NCBI RefSeq assembly: GCF_000315625.1
Contig: NW_005434606.1
Location: 24,057 to 88,056 of the forward strand
Direction: 5' to 3'
Length of the DNA: 64,000 nt
Source of the DNA: Guillardia theta CCMP2712
Lineage: Eukaryota > Protista > Cryptophyta
Positions 1 through 11,639 of the stretch are shown in pieces. The number at the start of each line of letters is the position of its first letter. The first letter of the stretch is position 1. The notes under the pieces are model-generated. The model saw nothing but the letters and a program-made list of their open reading frames with translations, was not told the DNA's origin and did not search any database. Made by a program: the position numbers and the translations under genes.

Positions 1-13
1 CCACTGGCCTGAG

Positions 14-530
14 NNNNNNNNNNNNNNNNNNNNNNNNNNNNNNNNNNNNNNNNNNNNNNNNNNNNNNNNNNNNNNNNNNNNNNNNNNNNNNNNNNNNNNN
101 NNNNNNNNNNNNNNNNNNNNNNNNNNNNNNNNNNNNNNNNNNNNNNNNNNNNNNNNNNNNNNNNNNNNNNNNNNNNNNNNNNNNNNNNNNNNNNNNNNNN
201 NNNNNNNNNNNNNNNNNNNNNNNNNNNNNNNNNNNNNNNNNNNNNNNNNNNNNNNNNNNNNNNNNNNNNNNNNNNNNNNNNNNNNNNNNNNNNNNNNNNN
301 NNNNNNNNNNNNNNNNNNNNNNNNNNNNNNNNNNNNNNNNNNNNNNNNNNNNNNNNNNNNNNNNNNNNNNNNNNNNNNNNNNNNNNNNNNNNNNNNNNNN
401 NNNNNNNNNNNNNNNNNNNNNNNNNNNNNNNNNNNNNNNNNNNNNNNNNNNNNNNNNNNNNNNNNNNNNNNNNNNNNNNNNNNNNNNNNNNNNNNNNNNN
501 NNNNNNNNNNNNNNNNNNNNNNNNNNNNNN
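14..530. other. Assembly gap (N run)
   Basis: Run of N. Confidence 1.
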
Positions 531-661
531 AGGCACGAGGGGATGACCAGGCGGAAGGTACGAGGAGATGACAAGGAGGAAGGCACTAGCTATGGTGATG
601 ACACAGACTCGGGCCTGGGGAGGGTACGAGGGGAAAAGGGGGTGGTGGTGATGTGGGAAGA

Positions 662-812
662 NNNNNNNNNNNNNNNNNNNNNNNNNNNNNNNNNNNNNNN
701 NNNNNNNNNNNNNNNNNNNNNNNNNNNNNNNNNNNNNNNNNNNNNNNNNNNNNNNNNNNNNNNNNNNNNNNNNNNNNNNNNNNNNNNNNNNNNNNNNNNN
801 NNNNNNNNNNNN
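662..812. other. Assembly gap (N run)
   Basis: Run of N; ORFs spanning it (543..875, 586..912, 590..1021) are artefacts. Confidence 1.
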
Positions 813-1000
813 CCATCATGTGACACCGGGGTACTGGATAGTACCGGTATTTTTGATACCAAGTCCTGGTTATGAAGGGGGTAGCCGCTGTGGGCTTCGA
901 GGGGTGGGTCATGGGGAGGGGTCCGAACGGAGGGTTTAAAGGGGGGTGGAGGGGTGGGGTAAAGTTCCAAAATGGAGAGTTGAAAGTTTGAAAGTTGATT

Positions 1001-1185
1001 TTGATTGGAAAATGATTGCAAAAGTATACGGTTACGACCGTTTCTGATACGTGTAACGGTACGAAACGGGGAGTTTTGATTGGAAAATGATTATTGTTTC
1101 AAAAAGTTGATTGGAAAATGATTACTGCAAACTTTCGTTGATTGGAAAATGATTACTCCAAAAATTTGTTGATTGGAAATTGATG
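1001..1185 (-). repeat. Five copies of TTGATTGGAAA(A)TGAT (reverse CCAAT boxes); last four at an exact 31-bp period
   Basis: Copies start at 1001, 1076, 1107, 1138 and 1169; the sequences between them differ. Confidence 0.85.
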
Positions 1186-3069
1186 ATTGCCCCATAAGCA
1201 TAGAGAAAAGTGAAAACGTCGGAACTTGGGAACGGTCGTGGCGACCGTGCGGCGTCTAAAACTCGACTCGACTCTGCTGCTGTATTTGTATGAACTTGCC
1301 AGTTCTTGATTGAGAGTACCGCCACCGTATATTAATGCTTTTAGATTCTCTACTGATGTACCAGCCGCACTCAATAGATTTTATAGTTTATCTTTTTATT
1401 GAATATTTAGGATGGCTCCGACCAGCTGGTGCGGGGTGGGGTGGGTGATAGCTTATGGGTGGGGTGGGGGGGCCATACGTTCTTTTTTTCAGGGTATATA
1501 GGGGTACAAAAGAGAGGGAAATGGTGGGTGGGAAGCATGGACTCCAAAGCTGGATACTACTAGAGAAATCACACCACTACCCCTTAGCAAGCTCACCCCA
1601 CCTTCGTTCTCAATTGTATGCGACCCTCGAACCAGAAGTTGGAGATACCCCACCCATTCCTGCAGCTTCTGAGACACTACCCTCTTTCAGATGCCTCCTT
1701 TTTTCATGCACCCTTCCATTTCCCCACTTACAACCCACCTCTTTTAGGTGAAATGGACATCATGGCTCACAGGTACCCAGCAATTGAAGAGATGTATGCG
1801 AGACTACCCCTACATGGGGGCCAGACATTAGAGAAACTTTATCCGTGTGATCCACATTACTATAAAATACCACCCTACCAAGAGGCTTTTCTGTGAACAC
1901 CTACCCCTTTCATCAATCCACCCACCCTCTTCAAACGAAATAAGTGTACCCCTACCCACCAGTTGTATTTCACTTTCAGCCTATGACCGCTGATGCACAA
2001 GCCTTGACTTTTCTTCAGAAATCAAGGCCGATATTATGCTGTACCCTATGGGCTGTCCACCCCTCAACCACGGAGCCAACACGGAGCCAACATGCACCCC
2101 CATATATTCATCCTCATGCATGACCCGGTGGGTATCATCGCCACCCCCCCCAACATTTTCACGATGAGTAGAACACCACGGGTTCTCGATCTGCGAAAAA
2201 CATAGGGGGTGGGTAGGTCATTGATAGTGACCCGGTGGTGGCTCCTACCCCTCAATTTGGATGCTTCACATGAATCTATAGGGAAGGGGGTCACAATAGA
2301 GATTTTATTTATCCATACCATAGAGAGATCTTGTGCGAGTGCTAACCCTACCCCACTGTTTCAAACTGTACCCCACCCTATTCTCTGACATATCTCTTAC
2401 ACCTACCCCGACCTCTGTACCCTACTATCCCAGACTTGGTCCCCCCCTCTAAAACTGGCCTCTACTACTTCCCAAACATTCCCAGTCACCCATACTACCC
2501 TACCCTGCCTCGAAAACAATGACCACCCAAAGAGGAGGAGAAAATGTTAGCACCCATCCACAGACTCACCCCTACCACTTTCTTTCAAGACTTTTCGCGG
2601 GAAAATTATAGGGTCCAACAATAACCCCGCCATTGATTCTAATCACCCTACCCTGGTGTCGGAACAAAAGGTTCTCTTCTACCCCCATGTTTTATCATCC
2701 TGCACCCCCTCAGAAATGTTACTCCACCCGAGTTTTCGAGGCCTTCACCACCCGTCCCAAAAACCACCCTCACGACTCAAACACCATCCTTTCATCGCCC
2801 ACCCCACCACACAATTTCCCTGGTGTACCACCACTGCTACCCACCCTCTCCATCCTTCTCCACCCCCTAGTCCTCGTCCTGGTCTCCCTGCCCCCTGCCC
2901 GCTCCCCCCACTCCTCGGTCCTCCCCCTCCTCCCTTGTCTACTCCCCGCCCACTCTTCCTCCCTCCCTCCCTCCCTCTTGTTCTTGTCTCCATCTCACCT
3001 CCCGTGATCTCCTTCTATTCAGTTGGGGTGGTTCTCGATGGGATTCTCGATGTGTAATCAGACATAGGA

Positions 3070-6000
3070 TTGGTGAGAAAGTGGGCTGAAAATGTAATCA
3101 AACCGCGTTACTCTCTCCTGTTGGTATCGCTAGCGAGGCTGGACGGCTATCCTTCATGCCGGACAATGTTGTGCACTTGCGACTGCCTTCTTTTGCTGAT
3201 TTTCTCTTGGACCTGGCTGGAAGGATCCAATTGTAATTTGCACGCCACCCGACTCCCTTTGAACAACTTTTGTGATAATCTGACTAGAGCTAGAAAGGGT
3301 TTCGACAGTAGATAAGATCCCACGTATTTCACTTGTCTAGCCCTCTCAGGAACATTTGGCAGCCATAGACAAAGCTGCAATAGATTCATTATAGGATGTG
3401 TGTTTTTGTCTCGTGCCGCGAGGGAACACCACTGAAAGCAGGGTTCCATTGAACTGCAAACCTGACATTTCAACTTGCAGAAAATGGAGCCTTGATATGG
3501 CAGCACAATGAGTTATATCAGCTCTCACACCAAGTGAATCACCGCAGTGGATTAATTTTCACAAACACACTTGGGTTTGATTGTCGGGATGTCGACGATC
3601 CACAATACGAATCTTCGCACACCCAGTCCAAACCATGGACAACAGGTTTGTGACATCTCTTCATACCTGCTTCCTTGATTCTCCTGCAGATCGTACGCGG
3701 CCAAGAGCGCAAAGGCCCCAGTTCTTCACCAGTGGTGAGTGTGATGGGTGATGAATAATTCTTCTAACAGATCGTGTCAGGTCAATGCAAGAGCGTCTAC
3801 TGGGTCGCTGATCAAACCTCAAACGAGTCGTCTCACTCCCCGAGATTCCGATGGTTCTCAGGTATGGCTCTTAATCGTTCTGCAGAGCAGCGTTGGTGGT
3901 GAGTTGACCTACCTGGGCAGGGATTGGCTGCCTTCAAGCCAAGTTCCAACTTGAAGGTAATTGTTGATGCTAAAGACGAAGGAGATGTTGTTGTGAAGCG
4001 ATCATTCACAGTCGAACAACCGAAGCCCAGTCCCTCCATCTATGTCACACCTGAAGCGGTACTTTCAATGGAATGCATATGCTCGCACTGAATTTTATGA
4101 AGCTCTCCAAACAACTTTCAGTCTACCATGAGTGATAAGAATGTCACGATAAAGCCAAATCCAAAAAGAGCTGTTCTCGCACAGGTTTACCCTGCGAGCT
4201 TAATCACCTTCTGTAACCAGTTTTTATCTAGGGGTCTGTCACTTCCATTCGGCAAGTTGGGTTTGCATCAGGTAACTCTGATTTGAAATGAGCCTCTGTA
4301 GATTTCTGAAATCTGACTCGCAATATAAAGCTGGAATGAATGCTGCAACGGGAACACCAAGGTCACAGTTTCAATCCAGCGAAGTCTCCTGTACTCCACG
4401 AGGTTTTCCCTTGGTTGGGAAAGTATCTGTGCTTAATTCCCGAATGTGTAGGTCAAGGAGCGTTACACAATCCCAGCGTAGTGGTGAATCGGTACTTCGA
4501 TGGCTCTCAGAAGGTTTAGATTCCCATAATTCGCTGCACCTTTGATAAGCTGCCTTGCAGGTGGCGCTTGCCCCGGGGACTCTCATGAACAAATCCAACT
4601 CTGTCGCCGCCAACTCCATGGACGAACCGCATGACCAAGCCAGTGGAAGGTGCGAATGCTCGGTGAAGATAAACTCTCGGAGCCTAAGCCCTACGTCAGG
4701 CGAGTGTTAGGATTTGCACGAGACAATCAGAGGAAATCCGTTTCTGGATCACCGGTTTACGGCGTACAGGTTGACCATTGCTCTACTTCTTTGTTCCGGG
4801 TTATGATCAAAATCTCAGAACGCTGCTGCTTCTTCGCTGGATTCGGCAAGAAGCTTTAAAGGTAAATTTTGATTGAATGTCTTCCAGATTATTTCATTTC
4901 TTATTGAAATGCTGAAAAAAACACTTGCAGGGGTTCAATGGCTGCCTGTCCAGGATCAGAAAAGCAATATACAGGTTAGGACCTTTGTATGATATGGAAA
5001 ACGATCGTTTCTGACACCATTTCCCTTTTATTTTTGTTTCATTTTTAACAGAGCTCCATTCTGTTGTTGCAGCAGAGCCAGCTGTTTCAGAGTGATCCAG
5101 TACTCAGAGATCTTTTACGAATGATAGTCAGTCGTATCAATACAAGTCACCAACAGCAAAGACAGAAACAGCAAAATGAAAGGGTTATTGTTACGTCCGA
5201 CAGTGCTACACAGGTTATACACGTGCTTGTTAACGTTCTCCAAGCTCACAGTCTTTCAGGTACAGACGGTTGAGGCTTTCACGCAGACGGAGGCTGCAGA
5301 ATTCCAGGAACGAAGATTGAAGGCGAACAAGTTGAAGAATAGAAGATTGGATGGGCAGGGCTGTTCATTGAGTGATTCTGACGTTCCTTCGGATGCAAAC
5401 GATGATGCACGGTCAGCCAGTCATAGAAGGAGGAATTCTCTCGACGACATCTCGTTGTCAACCAACAGCCCCAGAGAGTCTTGCGATGGATACTCGAGGG
5501 ACCTATCTGATGCCTCGGGACCCATTTCTGTTTCAAGCATGGTCCAAATGAGTATTGCCAGCAGTACAGACGCGTCGCAGACAAATACGCTTGCTCATGA
5601 TCAAACCAGCATGACTTATTCTAAGGATTTCTATGACGAGCACGCCGATCACAGGGGGGCACACATGGACGAGTGTCTGCATGGTCATGACCATCATACA
5701 TTGGACTGCATCTCAATCGATGAGACGATCAATTCTTTTGAAGCTGTGGATCTGAACAAGACCAAGTCACCAGTGGGTACGGATCTGCTTGCTGATGCGG
5801 ATGGATGTGAATTCGAAATTGAAAACTCTGTTTACGGTTCGAATGAGTCGCCGACGGAGACTGCGGCGACAGAAAAGAGAGCCAACTCCCCTCCGCCTTC
5901 TATCGAGACTCTGATGGAGTTACAAAAGATTCTGGACGATCACTACAAGAAACTTTGGCAAAGTGGGTCTTACGCTGGCAACAGTCTCTACAGGCAAGGA

Positions 6001-6491
6001 ACTCCGATCCGATTTGACGGAATCAACAGCCCTGCAACAGCGGAGATGCTCCGACTCACCATGGAATCTCAAGGACAGTCGCTCGACGAGTTGCGTCAGA
6101 CTCCTGAGCGACCTCCTAACCCAGATCCAACGAAGTGGAGTCCCAATGCATGCTTCAATGCGGAAGTTCCTGGATCAATTCGAATGGGAAACAGTCCACC
6201 AAAGCACAATGTTCAGATGCCTTTGAGACAGCTTCGGCATGTCCCGGTGCCTTCTCTGAAGATCTCTGCTGCAATCTCACGCTCGGAGCAAGCTCCGGTA
6301 TTCTTACAACCTTCCCTGCGAATTACTTTATCTTTCGACTTTCGTTCCCTCATCCTTCATTTGTGTACTCCTCTCGATTTGACAATGATTATCAATAGGT
6401 TGAAAGCCCTCTCTCTACCCCTCGATCCGGGTCTGCCTTTCTTGCTCATGTGAACTCGGCTCGCTCCTCGACAAACTCGGCCTCCGAATGA
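3070..6491 (+). CDS. Intron-rich hypothetical protein with a long low-complexity Ser/Asp-rich exon; 5' end uncertain, could be two genes
   Basis: Many plus-strand GT..AG short introns across 3600-5050 (gtttgt..ctgcag, gtgagt..ctaacag, gtatgg..ctgcag, gtaact..ctgtag). Phase-0 intron 5214-5259 joins ORF 5064 to ORF 5176. Intron 6298-6398 leads to a last exon ending TGA 6489-6491. No family recognised. Confidence 0.5.
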
Positions 6492-7054
6492 CAACTGCGG
6501 CTCAAAATGCGTCACTATGTTTTTTGAACAGGGTCGTGAATGTTTCCCCGCCCGCCTGGTGTGTCAGCTTGAGCGTGTGTGGCATATTCGTTCAACAATT
6601 TGTTCTAATTATGTGTGTCGTGGAAACGATGATTAGCTCCCCAGTTTCTATGTGATTATGGTTAAACTTGAAGCATACAAGGATGGTCTGAGTCGGTGCA
6701 GTGCTGTTACTCAGTACTTTGGATTCGGAAGTTCCGGGCCGCCGCCCTGACTGGTTCGAAGCCGTTGGGTTACTCGGTGGCAGTGTTAGTGATCTTTCGG
6801 TTCGCCGCCGGTCCGGCGGGCCAAACCGCATTCGACCGGCGGCGTGAAGCCTCAGAACGGTTACATTGATTATCGGATTAAATAACGGTGCATCGATGTT
6901 TGACCTTTCAATCGCAGGAACGGACGCATCTGTCCGACTACCCCTAGCAAGCGGCATTCGGCCATGGGACCGTAGGTGGTTCCACAAGGGTACTCGCCGT
7001 CAGTGCCTCGGGAAGGGAGTCGAGGGCAGGAGTGGGGCTGAATGCAGTAGTTTT

Positions 7055-7122
7055 GGGTGGGGTGGGGTGGGGTAGGACAGATTGGGGTGGGTAGGGTAGG
7101 GTAGGGTAGGGTAGGGTGGGGC
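7055..7122 (+). repeat. (GGGGT)n/(GGGTA)n G-rich repeat, G-quadruplex-capable
   Basis: gggtggggtggggtggggtagg...gggtagggtagggtagggtagggtagggtggg seen directly. Confidence 0.85.
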
Positions 7123-8272
7123 GGACTGATGTGGTGTGGGGTCGGATTCTCCGAAAAAACAATTTTTGGGCCGCATGGAGAAAAGTTAACTTTCAACATA
7201 TAGATACCCTGAAAGTTAATCTAGTCCTTGAAAGTGAATACGTCTTGAAACTTTTGGTAAAACGATTTTAGAGAAGTGTGCCTAACGGTCGCAACGCTTT
7301 GTAACGACCAACGGTAACGCAAACTTACAAACCATCCCTACCCCCCTTTTAAGTACAAGAGAAAAGAACCGACCCCTCAACTTAGGACTACCCTTGATTA
7401 TCCTCTTTGTCTGACTGAAAGTGGCCTTTTACTACCCCTCCAATTCCACGACTTGGCTATAGAGGGATCGGGGGATCAGGTACCCACCCCAGAGATGTGC
7501 GTTGGTATTTTTCAAAGTTCACACATACCCCACCCATCCTATAGAAAAAGTAACCCCACCACCATTATCCGGTCAAAGCACCGGTTCATTTGTACGGTGT
7601 GGGATGACCCCCACCCCCAAACACCTTCTTAAAGCAAACTCCGTTCGTTTTCTCAAAGTGGGACGTTGGAAGCACGTAGATGGTCATGAGGGAGGGAAGG
7701 GAAACAAGGAGATGGAGAGTGTTGGAAGACAAGGATAGCAAGGATTGCGATAGCAGACAAGAAGACCGAAACAATTAACCACAGAAAGAGAAATAAACAC
7801 AGACAACGTCATCAGCAGAAAGTCTCTCCTGTAGTAGTCAGACGATCAGACCTAGGGACAACAATGCAAGAAGACATGTTGCAGAGAAGACAGTGTCCAA
7901 AGAAATCGAAAAAAATATCAGAGGAGGAAGAAGTTTGCGGTAATGGTCAAGTAATAGAATGTATCAAAACCAGCTCGTGGCAGAGGGAAGTCAAGAAGGG
8001 ATAAGCAGCGTGCACTGTCTTGGGCAAAGATGACTTAGAGGTGACAAAAAAAAGTACAAAGCAATCGACAATGATAGAGAGTTGTGCTACTGAGAGTGAT
8101 TAGCAGAGAAACTTGCTCATGTTTGAAAAAGATAAACAGTGTGAGCATTTTCTGATTGTTGTCCGCAGAGTCGCTTCGCGCATTAGCAACTTGGTGCAGG
8201 ATCTGAATGAGAATGCAATTCTAAGTGGACACAAAACCTCAAGAATCAAGAAAACTTGTTTCGTCATCGAAA

Positions 8273-9838
8273 ATGTACTCCGATGACATGTTTGCTCTTG
8301 CTCCCAAACCAGCAAGTTCTTCGAAACGAAACAGATCAGGAAACGAAGTCGCTACCACCTTGCAGGGAGGGTCGTCGAGCATTGACATATCATGCTCAAA
8401 TCACGAATCGAAGATGTTGAGTTCCTTCCATGTCATGCTCAAGGAGAATTTCCTGTGCGACATGAAGGTCACGATAGGAAGAGCCAAGGTCCCTGCGCAC
8501 TCCATCGTGCTTGCTAGCTGCAGCTGCTTCTTCAAGAACAAGATCGCCAAGGGGTCGCGAACCGTCAGCCTCGACCCCAACGACCTCAGCGTGCAGGACT
8601 TCAGAACCCTTCTTGACTGCATCTACAAGGGCAAGATGTCTCTCATGGAGGAAGCGATCCCCAAGTTCATCCAGATCACCGAGAAGCTCGAGCTCGAGAA
8701 CATCCGGGCCGCGTGCGTCATGAAGCTCGTATCCCGGATCAACGAGGGCAACATGGAGCGGATGCTTGTCACCGGCAACGACATCAAGTGTAAGGAGATC
8801 ATCGACGCTGCCAAAGCTGCCATGCTCAAGGCGAAGTCAGCTCAGGTCAGCGAGCAGGCCTCGAGCGTGTCCAAGAGCATCAAGTGCCCATGGACGAAGG
8901 AGGAGGATGACCGTGTGGCCGACCTTGTCGCTCGTTTCGGCGTCAAGTCATGGTCCGCACTCGCCACCTACATGCCTGGGAGGACGGGGAAGCAGATCAG
9001 AGAGCGATGGCACAACCACCTGGACCCCAACGTGAGGAAGGAGCGCTGGACACCTCAGGAGGACGCAGCGATCATAGAGGCACATGCGCATCTGGACAAC
9101 AAGTGGGCGGAGATTGCCAAGCTGTTGCCGGGAAGGACGGACAACGCAATCAAAAACAGGTGGAACTCAACGCTGAGGAGGGTGGTGGAGCATGGCGCTG
9201 TCATCAGCTACGACTCTGAGAGCCGGCAGAGCGACGAGCTGGACAACAGCTCAGACACTGCGAACAAGAAGCGGAAAGTTTTGACACACCAGGAGCAGTC
9301 GAAAGGCAACGAGGACAAGCCAGTTGGAGAAGGAGCGAGGACGCGGGAAGGGACGGATCGACGAGCTGAAGAGGAGCTGGGGCGTAGCTGCTTCGATGTC
9401 GACGAGATGTCGGAAGAGACGGAGGAGGATGTGAACTTCACTCATGATCTGCACGAAGAGGAGCTCGGGAGGAACGAGGCTGACGTACTGCAGTTCGAGG
9501 AGGAGGAGGAGTCCAAGAGAGCAGCTACCTCTAAGCTGTGGACGCGAAGACCGCCCATCAGCATCCAGACAGAACGAGAGGAGCTGGCGACCTGGCCATC
9601 CAACTTTTCTCCCTCCGTTGCCCTTGAAGAACTTTTCTGCCTCTCCTCCAACGTGACATGCGTCGGTGGAGGGACAACCTCGCCTGGACTGGGGGTTTGT
9701 GACGTTTTCTCCTCCCTCGGGGCTAGCAAGGGCGACAAACCCCTGGAGAGCCTCGAGGAGGATGGGGACAGACAGGGCAGGGAAGTCTCTGCTCCCTCCT
9801 CATCGGTAGCTTCGCCCCCCAAAACCCTCAAAGTTTGA
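8273..9838 (+). CDS. BTB/POZ domain + R2R3 (c-Myb-like) transcription factor, intronless
   Basis: BTB: [28 protein letters not shown]...[11 protein letters not shown]. Two Myb repeats: WTKEED...[18 protein letters not shown] and WTPQED...[30 protein letters not shown]-like motif and acidic tail. First in-frame ATG is at 8273 (the track starts at a GTG). Confidence 0.92.
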   Translation: MYSDDMFALAPKPASSSKRNRSGNEVATTLQGGSSSIDISCSNHESKMLSSFHVMLKENFLCDMKVTIGRAKVPAHSIVLASCSCFFKNKIAKGSRTVSLDPNDLSVQDFRTLLDCIYKGKMSLMEEAIPKFIQITEKLELENIRAACVMKLVSRINEGNMERMLVTGNDIKCKEIIDAAKAAMLKAKSAQVSEQASSVSKSIKCPWTKEEDDRVADLVARFGVKSWSALATYMPGRTGKQIRERWHNHLDPNVRKERWTPQEDAAIIEAHAHLDNKWAEIAKLLPGRTDNAIKNRWNSTLRRVVEHGAVISYDSESRQSDELDNSSDTANKKRKVLTHQEQSKGNEDKPVGEGARTREGTDRRAEEELGRSCFDVDEMSEETEEDVNFTHDLHEEELGRNEADVLQFEEEEESKRAATSKLWTRRPPISIQTEREELATWPSNFSPSVALEELFCLSSNVTCVGGGTTSPGLGVCDVFSSLGASKGDKPLESLEEDGDRQGREVSAPSSSVASPPKTLKV

Positions 9839-10227
9839 TTTTGACCTCATCTTTTAGCAACCTCCCTCTTCACTTCACTGACTTGATCTCTAGTCCAAGT
9901 TTTTGCCAAGTTCTCTTCGTGTAATCCTGTTAAGTTAACTTTAAAGTGTTCTACTAGTGAAAGTTGATCAACTCTTCCCGGATATCCACCGCCCTGTGAA
10001 CTTTCCGGGGCCGTACGGCCTCGGAGCCTCGGAGTACCGTACGGAAAGTTCTGAACTTTTCCCGGCCCGCCGCCGGAGGCCGCTCCCAGGTCTGAGTCTA
10101 CAACCCGGCGTACTGCGGCTAACCGTACGGTACCAGCCGCTGAGCGCCGGCCGCCGTGTCGCAGGCCGTGTCGGTGGCGAAAGGGTATGAGGGAGATGCC
10201 ATCACTTCGGGGAGACCTGAGGCGACT

Positions 10228-11639
10228 ATGGCGACGGGTGCACGAGTGATGCTGTTCATATGGGGAGTGGCGGAGACGTCGACCGCGTTCATGCCCTTGG
10301 CTCCTTGTCCCTTCCTGTCCGCATGCTCGACCGCAAGCAGCTCGTTGTCTGCGAGAGGATCAGACTGCAGGAGGGCCGCGAGAGCATTACTCATGGCCGA
10401 GGGAGCTGGACGAGACTGGCATATGAAGGGGGAACCAGATGACGCTGAGGCAAGGAGCGATCGAATGCTCAAGATGTCGCTGATGCTGGCGAGGATAGGT
10501 AAGGGGACAGCAAGAGTCGGCGGTGTGTGACGATGTAGCAGGGGGGGACCTTGAGGCGCTGGGAAGGGGAGGATGCGACATCGATATAGACAGGGTTGAG
10601 AGAGAGATAACGTCCTTGTATGCTATCACGAGCAGCAGGAAAGAGAAAGACGTCGCATCTCAAGTATCCAGGTTGAGCCCTTCGTTGAGGGATGAGCTCG
10701 GTCAAGGAGCTGCCAAGTTGCACCTTGGTTGTGGGAGGAACGTCATGCCGGGATGGATCAACGTCGATCTCTACGGGTGGCGCTTGCGTGATGCACTGCA
10801 AAAGACGACAGCTGAGAACACCAACTCTGACAGCGTGATCTCCCTGAACCTCGCTACCACTCCTCTCCCTCTTGACGATGGAACCTGTCAATGCATCTAC
10901 ACAAGTCACATGCTCGAACATCTTTCGCACCCGGTAGAAACGAGGTCATCCCAGCAGCATTACCATGTCTTGTCCTGACTTATCTCCGCAGCATCTTCAT
11001 GGAGGAGGTGTTCCGAGTGCTGGCTCCTGGAGGCGTCCTGCGAGTGGTCGTTCCCGATGCTCAAAAGTGGCTCAAGTCGTACACGAGTCGAGATGAGAAC
11101 TTCCTAGTCTCCGCACGGCAGCATTGGAACCACTGGGACTGGAGGACGTTTGAAGAGCAACAGAGCTGGCTGGACCTCCTCCTTCCCTACCTCGGTGCTT
11201 CCTCCCTCAAAGGAGCTTTGACCGGGTCCCATCAGTTTGGCTTTGATGAATCCTCTCTACGAGCGCTCCTTGTAGCTTCGGCATCTCGTAGTTTGCTCGC
11301 TCCTTGACGGTGGCTGGCAGGAGCGGTCAGGCTTTCCTCGGGACAGCATCGAGCGCTCTTCCTTCCAGAGGAGCCGGCACTCTCTGCTGAGGGTCGATGA
11401 CCGGAGCCACGCAGCTGGGGCCACCTTCGATGGGGAGGAGAGGTCTGTGCCAGAGAGCAAGTGTGAAGGAGAAGTGTTGACCTTTGATGCCTGTCCTCAG
11501 CGACGATACTTACTTCAGCCTGTTCATGGAAGCTCGCAAGCCCGAGGTATCCGCCGCGAGCCCAGCAGCTTTCCAGGTGTGTGGAGTGAAGGAAGAGGAA
11601 AGGTGCACCCTCACTGACTTGGGCTTGAATGGCTCTTAG
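10228..11639 (+). CDS. Class I SAM-dependent methyltransferase (Methyltransf_11-like) with predicted bipartite plastid-targeting leader; multi-exon
   Basis: Motif I LHLGCG..MPGWINVD, IYTSHMLEHL, EVFRVLAPGGVLRVVVPD and C-terminal SLFMEARKP. Intron 10499-10541 joins ORFs 10156 and 10523 in phase. 3' exon boundaries approximate. Confidence 0.8.

Noticed and set aside
1001-1185. CRISPR-like repeat-spacer look
   Set aside because: Repeat (~17 nt) and spacers (~14 nt) are far too short, there are no cas genes and the context is eukaryotic.
3147-4619. Minus-strand ORFs as a separate gene
   Set aside because: The strong splice signals in this interval are on the plus strand; the minus ORFs look like antisense shadows.
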